A DNA stretch of 64,000 nucleotides from an uncultured Myxococcales bacterium (GCA_964628555.1 CAZVMD010000003.1:264-64263); one strand, 5' to 3'; shown: positions 28,627 through 42,295, numbered from the stretch's first letter. Made by a program: numbers and translations. Notes: generated by a model from the letters alone, not told the origin.

Positions 28627-29168
28627 GGCGCGTCCTCCTCGTCTTCTTCTCCGTCATGGAGGCTGGCCCCGGTGGCGGGACTCTTGTCGCTCTGGGCGAC
28701 GGCGCTGGGGCGCTCGCGCGGCAGCTCCAGCAGCCCGACATCGAACAGGCGGGCCAGAAACAGCTGGGCATCGCGCTGCGCCACAAGCTCGCTGACTTCG
28801 AACTGCGCCACCAGCACCCGCCAGACATCGATCGGCGGCACACCGCGCTTTAGCGCTTGCAGCAGGCAGCTTCCGGTCTCGTTGAGCGAAAACGTCTCGC
28901 CGTCGCGCACGTTGAGCAGAAAGCCTGACTCAGAGAGCTGCAGGCGCGGCACCAGACGGGCACCCATAAAGCGTGTCGGCAGCGGCCGCAGCGGTCGGGG
29001 GGACGGTGGGGAATCGATCGTCATGTGGATGGCCAGCGAGCTCCAGGCATCGGCTAGTTGGGGGACAGCTGGGCGGCGTCTGTTCGGGCTCGTCGCCCGC
29101 GGCCCAGCGTCAGCCCCGGGGGGGCGCGTGTATCTAGGCCAAGACAAAGGCGTTTCCGATGTTATCAC
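28623..29168 (-). CDS. PqqD-like (RRE-type) small protein with acidic C-terminal tail
   Basis: The PqqD-like core is LQLSESGFLLNVRDGETFSLNETGSCLLQALKRGVPPIDVWRVLVAQFEVSELVAQRDAQLFLARLFDVGLLE. The tail is HDGEEDEEDAP. Its stop overlaps the ATG of the ATP-grasp fusion (ATGA at 28623-28626). The start is ambiguous: GTG 29168 as in the track, or more plausibly ATG 29024 (MTIDSPP...). Confidence 0.7.
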   Translation of the reverse strand: MITSETPLSWPRYTRPPGADAGPRATSPNRRRPAVPQLADAWSSLAIHMTIDSPPSPRPLRPLPTRFMGARLVPRLQLSESGFLLNVRDGETFSLNETGSCLLQALKRGVPPIDVWRVLVAQFEVSELVAQRDAQLFLARLFDVGLLELPRERPSAVAQSDKSPATGASLHDGEEDEEDAP

Positions 29169-29325
29169 CTCGCCCCACGGCGATAACAGAGGCTGTCTGG
29201 CCTTTGTCGCGACCCCGCGGCCCTGGCCCCCGCCGACTACAAATCCGTCGCGGCAGCGGGTGATCAGCCCACACGCTGCGTGCTATCATCGGATGGGCAC
29301 TCAAGAATTCGGGAGAAGCAAGCAC

Positions 29326-30396
29326 ATGCGACGCATGCACAACAGTCCCGGGCGGCGCACCGCGCTGTCCTCCGTATTGGCAACCGGTTTGGCAACCGGG
29401 CTTCTGGCTGGCTCGACGCTGCTCTTGTCAGGAGCTGGGGGCGCCGGCTGCTCGTTCTACCTGCCGGAGCGCGCGAGCTGCAGCGGCGATGGCGGCTGCA
29501 AGCCGAGCGACCTGGGGGCCAGCCCCGACATGGCCAAGGACGTCAACGATCCCTCGGGCGCCGGGCCCTATCAGGTGGCTTCGCTGACCACGCCAACCCC
29601 GCCGGCTGGCATCAGCGGCCTGATGCTGCTCGGTCCCAGCGATGATGGCTCGTCGCTGTCGAAGAAGGAAGCGACCTATCCGCTGGTGCTGATCGCGCCG
29701 CCGGAATATACGAACAGCTCGGCGATGCGGCCGTACGGGGATCGGCTGGCCAGCCATGGCTTCCTGGTTGCGCTGTACGACGTCGCGAACCAGATGAACC
29801 ACACGACGTATCGCGACTCGGCCAAGGCGCTGCTGGATACCTTCGTCAACAACGCCGCGACGCAGCACATCGACACCCAGCGCCTGGGCCTGGTGGGCTA
29901 TCAGCTCAGCGGCAAGATCAGCGCCTCGCTGGCTGCCACCGACAACCGCATCGGCGCCTTGTTCCTGGTCGATCCAGTCGATGTCTCGACGGCCAGCGGT
30001 CCGATCGATGGCATCAGCGAGATCGCGCGCGTGACCCTTGCGGGCAATGCCACGGTGGCGCTGATCGGCGGTCAGATCACCACGACTGGCTCGCCGGCCT
30101 GCGTGCAGTCGTCGACCAAGAGCTTCCAGAACTTTTACGACGCGGCGCGCATGCCGGCCGTGGCCATCCTGTTTGGCGGCGCCAACCTCGGCGACTTCAT
30201 CGACAACTACTACGACACCTACTGCACCAAGGACTCGACGGCACCGCGGACGCGCACGCAGGACCTGAGCAAGAAGTACATGACCGCCTACTTCCAGTGG
30301 TCGCTCAAGGCGCGGGCCCGCTCGCGTGAGTACCTGCTGGGGGCTGACTTCGCGACCGATCAGCAGAACTCGATGGTCACTCGCCAGTCGAAGTAG
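29326..30396 (+). CDS. secreted alpha/beta-hydrolase-fold protein (dienelactone hydrolase/cutinase-like), catalytic residues apparently substituted
   Basis: This is the real gene inside the 875-aa track ORF. The in-frame ATG at 29326 gives MRRMHNSPGRRTALSSVLATGLATGLLAGSTLLL (signal). The blocks GPYQVASL, YPLVLIAP and LASHGFLVALYD are typical of this fold. The nucleophile elbow reads GYQLSG instead of GxSxG. Confidence 0.7.
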   Translation: MRRMHNSPGRRTALSSVLATGLATGLLAGSTLLLSGAGGAGCSFYLPERASCSGDGGCKPSDLGASPDMAKDVNDPSGAGPYQVASLTTPTPPAGISGLMLLGPSDDGSSLSKKEATYPLVLIAPPEYTNSSAMRPYGDRLASHGFLVALYDVANQMNHTTYRDSAKALLDTFVNNAATQHIDTQRLGLVGYQLSGKISASLAATDNRIGALFLVDPVDVSTASGPIDGISEIARVTLAGNATVALIGGQITTTGSPACVQSSTKSFQNFYDAARMPAVAILFGGANLGDFIDNYYDTYCTKDSTAPRTRTQDLSKKYMTAYFQWSLKARARSREYLLGADFATDQQNSMVTRQSK

Positions 30397-31192
30397 CGGC
30401 CGCCGCGGCAGCGACATAGGCCGCCGCGCGGGCGGTCAGCTCTCGTCCTTCCTCGTCCACCGCCTCTGACAAGAGCGCGCGCAGACAGGCCACCCGGGCC
30501 CCCAGCGCCGCGCACTGCGTCACGCGCGGCAGCGAGTCAATTCCCCCCAGGGCATAGATCGGTAGCGTGCAGGCTCGGCCCAGCTCGGCCATGGCCTGCG
30601 CCAGGCCAGCCAGCCCCAGCGGCGACACATCCCCGCGACGCGGCGACCGCCACGGCTTCGACGGCGTTGGCCAGATCGGGCTTAGCGTAATGGCGTCGGC
30701 GCCAGCCTGCAGCAGCATGCGCGCCTCGGGCAGCGAGTGGGCGGCGGCACAGAGAAAGCGGCGGGGGCCCAAGAGCGAGCGCGCGGTCTGCACCGGCAGG
30801 CCATGCCCAGGCAGATGAACCCCGTCGGCCTCGACCGCTAGCGCGACATCCAGGCGATCGTTGATCAGAAGCGGAGCGGCGTAGCGCGCGGTTAACTGCC
30901 GCAGCGCGATGGCTCGTTCGTACAGCGCGCGGCCTGGAAGCTGGCGGTTGCGGAGCTGCACCGCGATGCTGCCCGGTGGCACCGCCGCCAGCACCGTCGC
31001 CAAGCGGGAAAGCACCGCCTGCGGCGCGACCGCGTCGGGCGCATCAGGCAGCGTGACTCCGTCGGTAATTAGCAGCACCGCCGCCGCAAGTGGTGGCAGC
31101 TGCACGGCCCGCGGGGGCGCCGGCAGCGGGAACCCCCCGACGAGCAGCACTGGCTGCAGAGCGGGCCGTGAGCTGGGCGCCGCGTCACTCAA
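30377..31192 (-). CDS. thiE: thiamine-phosphate synthase
   Basis: 271 aa. Recognisable blocks are [32 protein letters not shown] and PIYALGGID. An 8-nt overlap with the thiG stop implies an operon. Confidence 0.8.
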   Translation of the reverse strand: MSDAAPSSRPALQPVLLVGGFPLPAPPRAVQLPPLAAAVLLITDGVTLPDAPDAVAPQAVLSRLATVLAAVPPGSIAVQLRNRQLPGRALYERAIALRQLTARYAAPLLINDRLDVALAVEADGVHLPGHGLPVQTARSLLGPRRFLCAAAHSLPEARMLLQAGADAITLSPIWPTPSKPWRSPRRGDVSPLGLAGLAQAMAELGRACTLPIYALGGIDSLPRVTQCAALGARVACLRALLSEAVDEEGRELTARAAAYVAAAAAATSTGE

Positions 31193-32114
31193 TGTCGTAA
31201 GGACCGACGGGCGGCAGCGCGCTCTCGCCAGCCTTGGCGGGCAATAGGCCGCTCTGCGGCGATGAGGCGTTGGCGTACAGCTTGCGACCGATGCGACCGG
31301 CTCGGAACGCCTTGCGACCGGCCTCCACCGCCTGGCGCATCGCCTCGGCCATCAGCACGGCGTCCTTGGCTCCGGCAATCGCCGTGTTCATCAGCACGGC
31401 GTCGCAGCCGAGCTCCATGGCCACCGCCGCATCCGAGGCCGTGCCGACGCCAGCATCGACGATCACCGGCACCTTCACCGTCTCCATAATGATGCGCAGG
31501 TTGTAGGGATTGCGGATGCCCAGGCCCGAGCCGATCGGGGCAGCGAGCGGCATCACCGCCGCACAGCCGATCTCGGCCAGGCGCAGGCAGGCAATCGGAT
31601 CGTCGGTGATGTAGGGCAGCACGACGAAGCCCTCCTGGACCAGCACGCGCGCCGCGGCCAGCGTCTGTTCGACGTCGGGAAACAGGGTGCGCGGATCGCC
31701 GATGACCTCCAGCTTGACGAAGTCCGACAGCCCCAGCTCACGCGCCAGGCGGCAGGTGCGGATGGCCTCGTCGGCGGTGTAGCAGCCAGCGGTGTTGGGC
31801 AAGAGCTGATAGCGGCGACGATCGAGGGCCGACAGCAGGCTTGGCTTGCCCGGCGTCAGCTCGACGCGGCGCAGGGCCACGGTGACGATCTCGGCTCCCG
31901 AGGCGGCGAGCGCCTGGTTCATCTCGTCGAAGTCGCGGTACTTGCCGGTGCCGACGATCAAGCGCGAGCGATAGCTGCGACCGGCGAGCACGAATTCATC
32001 GCCCGCCGGGGTCGGCGAGGCGGCGGGTGCGGGGGCGCCCGGTTGGGGAGCAGGTTGGTGGGCGGCAACCGAGGAAGCAGCCGGGGCAGGCTGTGAGGCG
32101 GCAGGCGTGGTCAT
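31185..32114 (-). CDS. thiG: thiazole synthase
   Basis: The core is [36 protein letters not shown]...[17 protein letters not shown]...VKLEVIGD...[14 protein letters not shown]...[13 protein letters not shown]. The start is set at ATG 32114 (AGGGA 8 nt upstream). The track ORF extension to 32366 looks non-coding and would overlap the divergent gene. Confidence 0.9.
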   Translation of the reverse strand: MTTPAASQPAPAASSVAAHQPAPQPGAPAPAASPTPAGDEFVLAGRSYRSRLIVGTGKYRDFDEMNQALAASGAEIVTVALRRVELTPGKPSLLSALDRRRYQLLPNTAGCYTADEAIRTCRLARELGLSDFVKLEVIGDPRTLFPDVEQTLAAARVLVQEGFVVLPYITDDPIACLRLAEIGCAAVMPLAAPIGSGLGIRNPYNLRIIMETVKVPVIVDAGVGTASDAAVAMELGCDAVLMNTAIAGAKDAVLMAEAMRQAVEAGRKAFRAGRIGRKLYANASSPQSGLLPAKAGESALPPVGPYDIE

Positions 32115-32360
32115 CGTAGCATCCCTATGGGCAGGCCCCGATCCCGGGGCGAAACGGGCCGGTACAACCAGGGCAACGGGGGCAACAGGGGGAGCACTGT
32201 AGTCCCGCCGACCTTGAGAAGCTAGCCCTGCAGCAGGGCGGCAGGCGCCGGTTGGGAGTGCTTGTACTCGACGTGTGCGGTCGATACACTGCCGGCCCAG
32301 CTCGGAGCCCAGCGTCTCTGACGACAGCGACGACAGCGCCCGGCTCAAAGACATCCGATC

Positions 32361-37049
<4,689 letters not shown>

Positions 37050-37060
37050 AGCGGTGCATA

Positions 37061-38485
37061 ATGGAGGGCATGTGCGCGGCGCGAACCCTAGGCCAGCGAC
37101 CCCAGCGACGGGCCCTTGCGGCGCTCTGCCTACTGCTCTTGACTAGCTCGCCGCTCGACGCTGCGCAGGGAGGCTCAGCCAGCGTGCAGCTGCCGGGCTC
37201 GGCATCCGCTCTGCACACCAGCGAGCGCTTCGAGAGCATCGTGCAGGAAGCGCGCGAGCTGCACGCCTCCGCCCTGCGCATCCGCCGTCGCGAGAGTCCC
37301 GAGCGGATCACCCAGCTGCAGCGCGCCATCACCCTGCTCACCCGGGCGCTGCAGCTACACGAGCGACACGTCGAGACGCGGGTGCTGCTGGGCAGCTGGC
37401 TGGCTCATACCGAGCTCGGAGACGCCGCGCTGCAGCAAGCCGCCGTCGAGCTATTGCGGGCCCGCAGCGACGACCGCAGCCAAGCCTATGAGTGCGAGAT
37501 CGCCAGCATCCTGGGCGTCGTCTATTCCCACCTGCAGCGCTTCAGTGATGCCGTGACCGAGTACGATCGCGCGCTGCGCCGGCTGCCTGGCGAGCCCGAG
37601 CTAGCCCTGCTCTCTCGTCGCCATCAAGAGGCGATGATCCTGGGCAACTCGGCCGAGGCGCTGATGGCCCTGGGGCGGCTGGACGAGGCGATTGCCCGCT
37701 ATGCCCTGGCCGAGTCGATCGATCGCAGCGATCAGGCGCCGCTGCACGCGCTGGGCCTGGCCATCGCCTACGATCGCGACGGTCAGGGGCAGAAGAGCCG
37801 CGAAGCGGTGGTGCGCTCGCTGGCCGCCGACCCCGGGCTGCGCCTGTTCCAGAGCGACGAGGTCTTCTTCGTGCCCGACGCCGATCGCCACTACTACTGG
37901 GGGCTGATCTACGAGGCGCTGGACAGTCGCGACGATGCCCTGCGCTCGTTCCGCAAGTTTCTCGAAGAGCTTCCCAGCAGTCGCTACGCCGCGCGGGCTC
38001 GTAACCATATCGAAGATCTGAAGGCCCAGCGCGGGCTCAGCCTGCCAGAGCTCTTGCGGGCCCAGGTGATGCTGGCGCCGCCGCAGTTCCCGGCCGAGAT
38101 CGCAAGCGGTGTCGCCGCGCGCAAGCACCGCAGCGAGGCCGAGGTCCAGCGCGTTACCCGCGACCGCGTGTTCGAGCTGCGGCAGTGCTATGCCCGCGCC
38201 CTGCAGCGCACGCCACGCCTGCGCGGCGATCTGCTGCTGGGCATGATGCTCGATCGCAGCGGCGCCGTGGTCTTGGTGCAGCCGCTGGAGAGCACGCTCG
38301 GAACCAGCGACGGCAAGGGAGATCTCCCGGCCCGCACCGAAGACAGCACGGCGGGCAGCGAGGCTCGCTTCCTGCTGTCCTGCGTCACCGGCGCCGTGCA
38401 GCGCTGGCGCTTCTCGCCGGCCGAGCCCGACAACGTCGATGCCGATGAGCTGGCGCTACCGATGCGCTTCTCGACTGGGTCGTAG
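37061..38485 (+). CDS. TPR-repeat protein with AgmX/PglI-like C-terminal domain
   Basis: 474 aa with a signal peptide and TPR-like helices (AYECEIASILGVVYSHLQRFSDAVTEYDRALRRLP...). The C-terminal block is VFELRQCYARALQRTPRLRGDLLLGMMLDRSGAVV...VQRWRFSP. Confidence 0.7.
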   Translation: MEGMCAARTLGQRPQRRALAALCLLLLTSSPLDAAQGGSASVQLPGSASALHTSERFESIVQEARELHASALRIRRRESPERITQLQRAITLLTRALQLHERHVETRVLLGSWLAHTELGDAALQQAAVELLRARSDDRSQAYECEIASILGVVYSHLQRFSDAVTEYDRALRRLPGEPELALLSRRHQEAMILGNSAEALMALGRLDEAIARYALAESIDRSDQAPLHALGLAIAYDRDGQGQKSREAVVRSLAADPGLRLFQSDEVFFVPDADRHYYWGLIYEALDSRDDALRSFRKFLEELPSSRYAARARNHIEDLKAQRGLSLPELLRAQVMLAPPQFPAEIASGVAARKHRSEAEVQRVTRDRVFELRQCYARALQRTPRLRGDLLLGMMLDRSGAVVLVQPLESTLGTSDGKGDLPARTEDSTAGSEARFLLSCVTGAVQRWRFSPAEPDNVDADELALPMRFSTGS

Positions 38486-38491
38486 TCGCAG

Positions 38492-39589
38492 ATGCCGGAG
38501 CGCATGCGGCAGTGTGTGGTGGGCATGGCGATCGTGGCGCTGGCTGGGCTGGCGGGGCCGACGCCGACCTTGGCCCGCGTGCAAGGGCCGCGCAGCCCGG
38601 CCTGTCGCGACAGCGTCTGGGGCTGCGGCACTGCGGTCGACACCGATGGAAACGACAGCAGCGAGCCGCCGCGGCAGCGCTACGATCGGCTGCTGGCTCA
38701 GGCCCGGCGCGCGCTGGCCGGCTGGCGCAGTAGCTCCCCGAGCCTGCTTGGCGAGCTGGGCAAGGACACGGCGCAGAAGCTCAGCGATGCCGCGGCGCTG
38801 CTGCCCGACGACTACGAAGCCCCAAGCCTGCTCGGGCAGCTTGAGCTGGAGCGCGGTCGGCTGGTCGCTGCCGGGCTGCTGCTGCGCCGCGCCGAGGAGC
38901 TATATCTGCACCCCAAGCCCGATCGCAGCCCTCAGGGGGCGACGCTGCCTGGCCTCGCGGCCGCGGTGCCGCTTGAGCATCGCGATCCGGCGCTGGCCCT
39001 GGCCCTGGCTCTGCTGCATGCCCAGGAAGGCGACTTGGTGACGGCGCTGCGACGCTACCAGCGCCTGTATGAAGAGGCCGCGCACAGCCCGCGCCTGCTG
39101 TATCGGCTGGCCGATGTGCTGATGGCGCAGGGACGCCTGGAAGACGCCACGGCGCTGTTTGTCGAGGCCTGCAACCTGCCGCGCTCGCTCGAGATCGCGG
39201 CGGTCGATGTGGCGCGGGCCTGCCTGGGAGCCGTGGTGGCCCTGGACCGCGCCGGACGGAGCGTGCCCGGCCCACTGCTGCGACGGGCCCGACAGGCTGA
39301 TCGCGGCCCCCGCGCGACGGAGCTATCAGACTTCCTGACGACGGGCGAGCGCGACTATGGCCGTGCTCTGCTGCTCGCCCCGGGCTGCGAGCGCAAGCTC
39401 TTGCTGCAGAGCTATCTGCGCACAGCTGCTGGGCTTGCCCCAGCGACGTACAGCCAGCGTGCCGAGGCCCACCTGGGACGCCTCCGCGACCTGATCTGCA
39501 CCCCGCCAGCTAGCCCCTCAGCCAGCCCGGGCGCAGGCCCACGCCCCGTCGAGGGCCCACCTACCGTCAGCCCGCTGCGCAGCCCCTGA
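38492..39589 (+). CDS. TPR-like repeat hypothetical protein
   Basis: 365 aa with a signal-like N-terminus and helical repeat segments (LLGQLELERGRLVAAGLLLRRAEELY, LYRLADVLMAQGRLEDATALFVEA). Confidence 0.6.
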   Translation: MPERMRQCVVGMAIVALAGLAGPTPTLARVQGPRSPACRDSVWGCGTAVDTDGNDSSEPPRQRYDRLLAQARRALAGWRSSSPSLLGELGKDTAQKLSDAAALLPDDYEAPSLLGQLELERGRLVAAGLLLRRAEELYLHPKPDRSPQGATLPGLAAAVPLEHRDPALALALALLHAQEGDLVTALRRYQRLYEEAAHSPRLLYRLADVLMAQGRLEDATALFVEACNLPRSLEIAAVDVARACLGAVVALDRAGRSVPGPLLRRARQADRGPRATELSDFLTTGERDYGRALLLAPGCERKLLLQSYLRTAAGLAPATYSQRAEAHLGRLRDLICTPPASPSASPGAGPRPVEGPPTVSPLRSP

Positions 39590-39615
39590 CCGGCCCCGCG
39601 AGAAGCCGGCGAGCA

Positions 39616-39730
39616 GAGATTAGAACAATTAATCAATAATTAAAAAGAGATAAACGTTACGATGGATTAAGTGTTGATATTTATGTTGAATGACTGCCTT
39701 TGTTTCCGTTGTTTATTGCCCATTAATTCA
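39616..39730. other. AT-rich intergenic island between convergent genes
   Basis: Hand count gives 33 G+C in 115 nt (about 29%) in a window that is otherwise about 70% GC. It contains ATTAAT/AATTAA motifs (caATTAATcaatAATTAAaaag ... cccATTAATtca). Confidence 0.9.
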
Positions 39731-39736
39731 GCGCTC

Positions 39737-40170
39737 CTAGGGCAGCGCGGCCAGCGCCTCGATCTCGACCAGCGCACCCGGCTCTAGCAGATCGGCGACC
39801 TGCACAAGGGCCATGGTCGGGTAGTGGCGACCGAACACCGCGCGATAGGCCGCTCCCACCGCTTTGATGTGCGCGAGGTAGCGTCGCTTGTCGGTGACAT
39901 ACAGGCGCAGGCTGATGACGTCTTCGACCCGTCCGCCGGCCTTGTGCACCACCTGCGCGACGTTGCGCAGGGCCTGGGCGAGCTGACAGACGAAGGCGTC
40001 CTCGTCGGCCGTCTGCGGCTGCGCCAGCACTGCCTGCGCGTCCCAGCCGATCTGTCCCGCCACCACCAGCAGCCGTCGCCCGGCGGGCACGATGATGCCG
40101 TTGACATAGCCGCGCGGCGGCGCCCAGCCATCGGGCTCGACGATCGTGAGGGCTTCCGGGGAGGGCGATT
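39737..40170 (-). CDS. RidA/YjgF/UK114 family protein
   Basis: Recognisable blocks are PPRGYVNGIIVPAGRRLLVVAGQIGWD, NVAQVVHKAGGRVEDVISLRLYVTD, PTMALVQVADLLEPGALVEIEALA. The start is set at ATG 40170 (MSEQSPSP...); the track ORF extends to 40228. Confidence 0.85.
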
Positions 40171-40291
40171 GTTCGGACATGCCTCTTAGTGCCAGCCGGG
40201 GCCGGGCGAGGCAAGTCTCTTGCTGCATGCCGCCGGTCTCTCGACGGAAATCGCTGCGCCGGCCAGGAACGAAGTGTGCTAAGCAACGCCC

Positions 40292-41101
40292 ATGCTTGCA
40301 GCCAAGACCTTTCGCTACTCGCCGCCCGTCGGAGATCAGGGGGTGGCGACGATCACCCTCGACCGCCCCGACACGCTGAATTCGCTGACCTTCGAGGTCT
40401 ATCGCGAGCTCACCGATTTTCTCCTGGCCCTGCGGGGCGAAGCCGCGGTGCGGGCGGTGGTGCTGACCGGCGAGGGGCGCGGCTTCTGTAGCGGCGGCAG
40501 CGTCAACGACATCATCGGCCCGCTCTTGCAGATGAAGGGCCCCGAGCTCCTGGCGTTTACGCGCATGACCGGCGAGCTGATCGGCAACCTGCGCAGCCTG
40601 CCCAAGCCGGTGGTGGCGGCGCTAAATGGCGTGGCCGCCGGCGCCGGAGCGGTGATTGCCCTGGCCTGTGACTTTCGCATCGCGGCCGAGAACGCCAAGC
40701 TCGCGTTCCTGTTCAACCGCGTCGGGCTGTGCGGCGCTGACATGGGGGCGGGCTGGCTGCTGCCGCAGCTAGTTGGCCTCGGCCGGGCGACCGAGATCCT
40801 GATGCTCGGCGAGGCGGTGCCGGCGGCGCGAGCGCTGGAGATTGGCCTGGTACATCGCGTTGTCCCCGACGCAGCGGCGGCGCGGGCCGAGGCGCTGGGG
40901 CTGGCGCAGAAGCTGGCCTCTGGGCCGAGCTTTGCGCACGGCATGACCAAGACCATGCTCAGCCAAGAGGCGCATATGAGCCTGGCCCAGGCGCTGGAAG
41001 CCGAAGCGCAGGCGCAGCAGATCTGCATGCAGACCCAAGACTTTCACGAGGCCTATCACGCCTTTATCGAGAAGCGCGAGCCGCGCTTTTTGGGTCGCTA
41101 G
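40292..41101 (+). CDS. enoyl-CoA hydratase/isomerase (crotonase) family protein
   Basis: 269 aa. Recognisable blocks are ITLDRPDTLNSLT, VVLTGEGRGFCSGG, KPVVAALNGVAAGAGAVIALACDFRIA. Confidence 0.9.
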   Translation: MLAAKTFRYSPPVGDQGVATITLDRPDTLNSLTFEVYRELTDFLLALRGEAAVRAVVLTGEGRGFCSGGSVNDIIGPLLQMKGPELLAFTRMTGELIGNLRSLPKPVVAALNGVAAGAGAVIALACDFRIAAENAKLAFLFNRVGLCGADMGAGWLLPQLVGLGRATEILMLGEAVPAARALEIGLVHRVVPDAAAARAEALGLAQKLASGPSFAHGMTKTMLSQEAHMSLAQALEAEAQAQQICMQTQDFHEAYHAFIEKREPRFLGR

Positions 41102-41104
41102 CCG

Positions 41105-42295
41105 ATGCGCGTCGACGTAGCGACGATGCGCGCCCGCCTCTCGGCACTGCTGCCGGGGCTGGCACCGCTCGACGGGGGAGAGACGCTGCAGCGCGCCCTG
41201 GCCCTGCCGATCCCTGAGCCCGAGCCCAGCCCGCTGCAGATCGTCGCGGCGCTGGCTCAGTCGGGCCTGCTTGCGCACTGCGTGCCGCCGATTTCACCGA
41301 CGGGGGATGTAGGGGCGCTGTCGGTGCGCCGGCTGTGTCTCCTGCGGGCCGCGCTCGCCTATCGCTCGCCGCTTTACGATCTGATGTTCGTCATGCAGGG
41401 GCTGGGCAGCCATGCCGTGGCGCAGGCGGGCAGTCCGGCCCAGCGCCTGGCCTATCTGCCGCAGGTGGTGGCCGGCACCGCGCTGGCCGCTCTGGCCCTG
41501 ACCGAGCCCGCGGCGGGCAGCGATCTGGCCGGCATTGCCACCGTCGCGCAGCGGCAGGCCGATGGCAGCTATCGCATCGCCGGCGAAAAGATCTTTATCT
41601 CGAACGCCGGCCTGGCCACGCACTACGTGCTGTACGCCCGCACCGACCAACATCCCAAGCGTGGGCTGTCGGCCTTCTTGCTGCCGGCGGCGACCGCTGG
41701 GGTTACGACCAGCCCGCTGCGCTTGCTCTGCGACGATCACCCGATCGGGCGCGTGACGCTTACCGACGTTGTGTTACCGGCGGCGGCCCGCATCGGCGAA
41801 GAAGGGGCGGGCATGAGCCTGGCCTTGGCCACCTTGGCCCGCTTTCGTCCGACGGTGGGGGCGGCAGCGGTGGGCATGGCGGCGCGCGCGCTCGACGAAG
41901 CGATCGCCCACGTGCGACGGCGTAGCCAGTTCGGTCAGACCCTGGCCAGCTTCCAGGCGACGCAGCTGCGCTTGGCCGAGATGGCGACGGAGCTGCAGGC
42001 GGCCGGGCTCTTGGTTCAGCACGCCGCCGAGCGCCTGGATGCCGCGAGTGCCGCCGGCGCCGCCAGCCCGAGTGGCGCCGAGCCAGACGGCAGCGACAGC
42101 GCCATGGCCAAGCTCTTTGCCACCGAGGTCTGCCAGCGCGTCGTCGATTCAGCCCTGCAGCTACACGGCGGCAGCGGCCTGCTGCACGGCAGCGTGATCG
42201 AGCGCCTGTATCGCGACGTGCGGGCTCTGCGCATCTACGAAGGCACGAGCGAAATCCAGAAGCTGATCATCGCCCGCAGCCTGCTGCGCGGCTAG
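41105..42295 (+). CDS. acyl-CoA dehydrogenase family protein
   Basis: 396 aa, starting 3 bp after the crotonase gene. Recognisable blocks are ALTEPAAGSDLAGI, GEKIFISNAG, QLHGGSGLLHGSVIERLYRDVRALRIYEGTSEIQ. Confidence 0.85.
   Translation: MRVDVATMRARLSALLPGLAPLDGGETLQRALALPIPEPEPSPLQIVAALAQSGLLAHCVPPISPTGDVGALSVRRLCLLRAALAYRSPLYDLMFVMQGLGSHAVAQAGSPAQRLAYLPQVVAGTALAALALTEPAAGSDLAGIATVAQRQADGSYRIAGEKIFISNAGLATHYVLYARTDQHPKRGLSAFLLPAATAGVTTSPLRLLCDDHPIGRVTLTDVVLPAAARIGEEGAGMSLALATLARFRPTVGAAAVGMAARALDEAIAHVRRRSQFGQTLASFQATQLRLAEMATELQAAGLLVQHAAERLDAASAAGAASPSGAEPDGSDSAMAKLFATEVCQRVVDSALQLHGGSGLLHGSVIERLYRDVRALRIYEGTSEIQKLIIARSLLRG

Noticed and set aside
27769-29325. First 519 codons of the 875-aa plus-strand ORF 27769-30396
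   Set aside because: This part is antisense to the ATP-grasp/PqqD genes and reads as Arg/Ala/Gly-rich nonsense. Only the segment from the in-frame ATG 29326 (signal peptide plus alpha/beta-hydrolase blocks) looks like a real protein.
39683-39787. 34-codon Cys-rich ORF (MLNDCLCFRCLLPINS...) starting in the AT-rich island
   Set aside because: Its second half overlaps the 3' end of the RidA gene on the opposite strand. There is no Shine-Dalgarno, and the composition switches from AT-rich to shadow-ORF type. It is most likely fortuitous.
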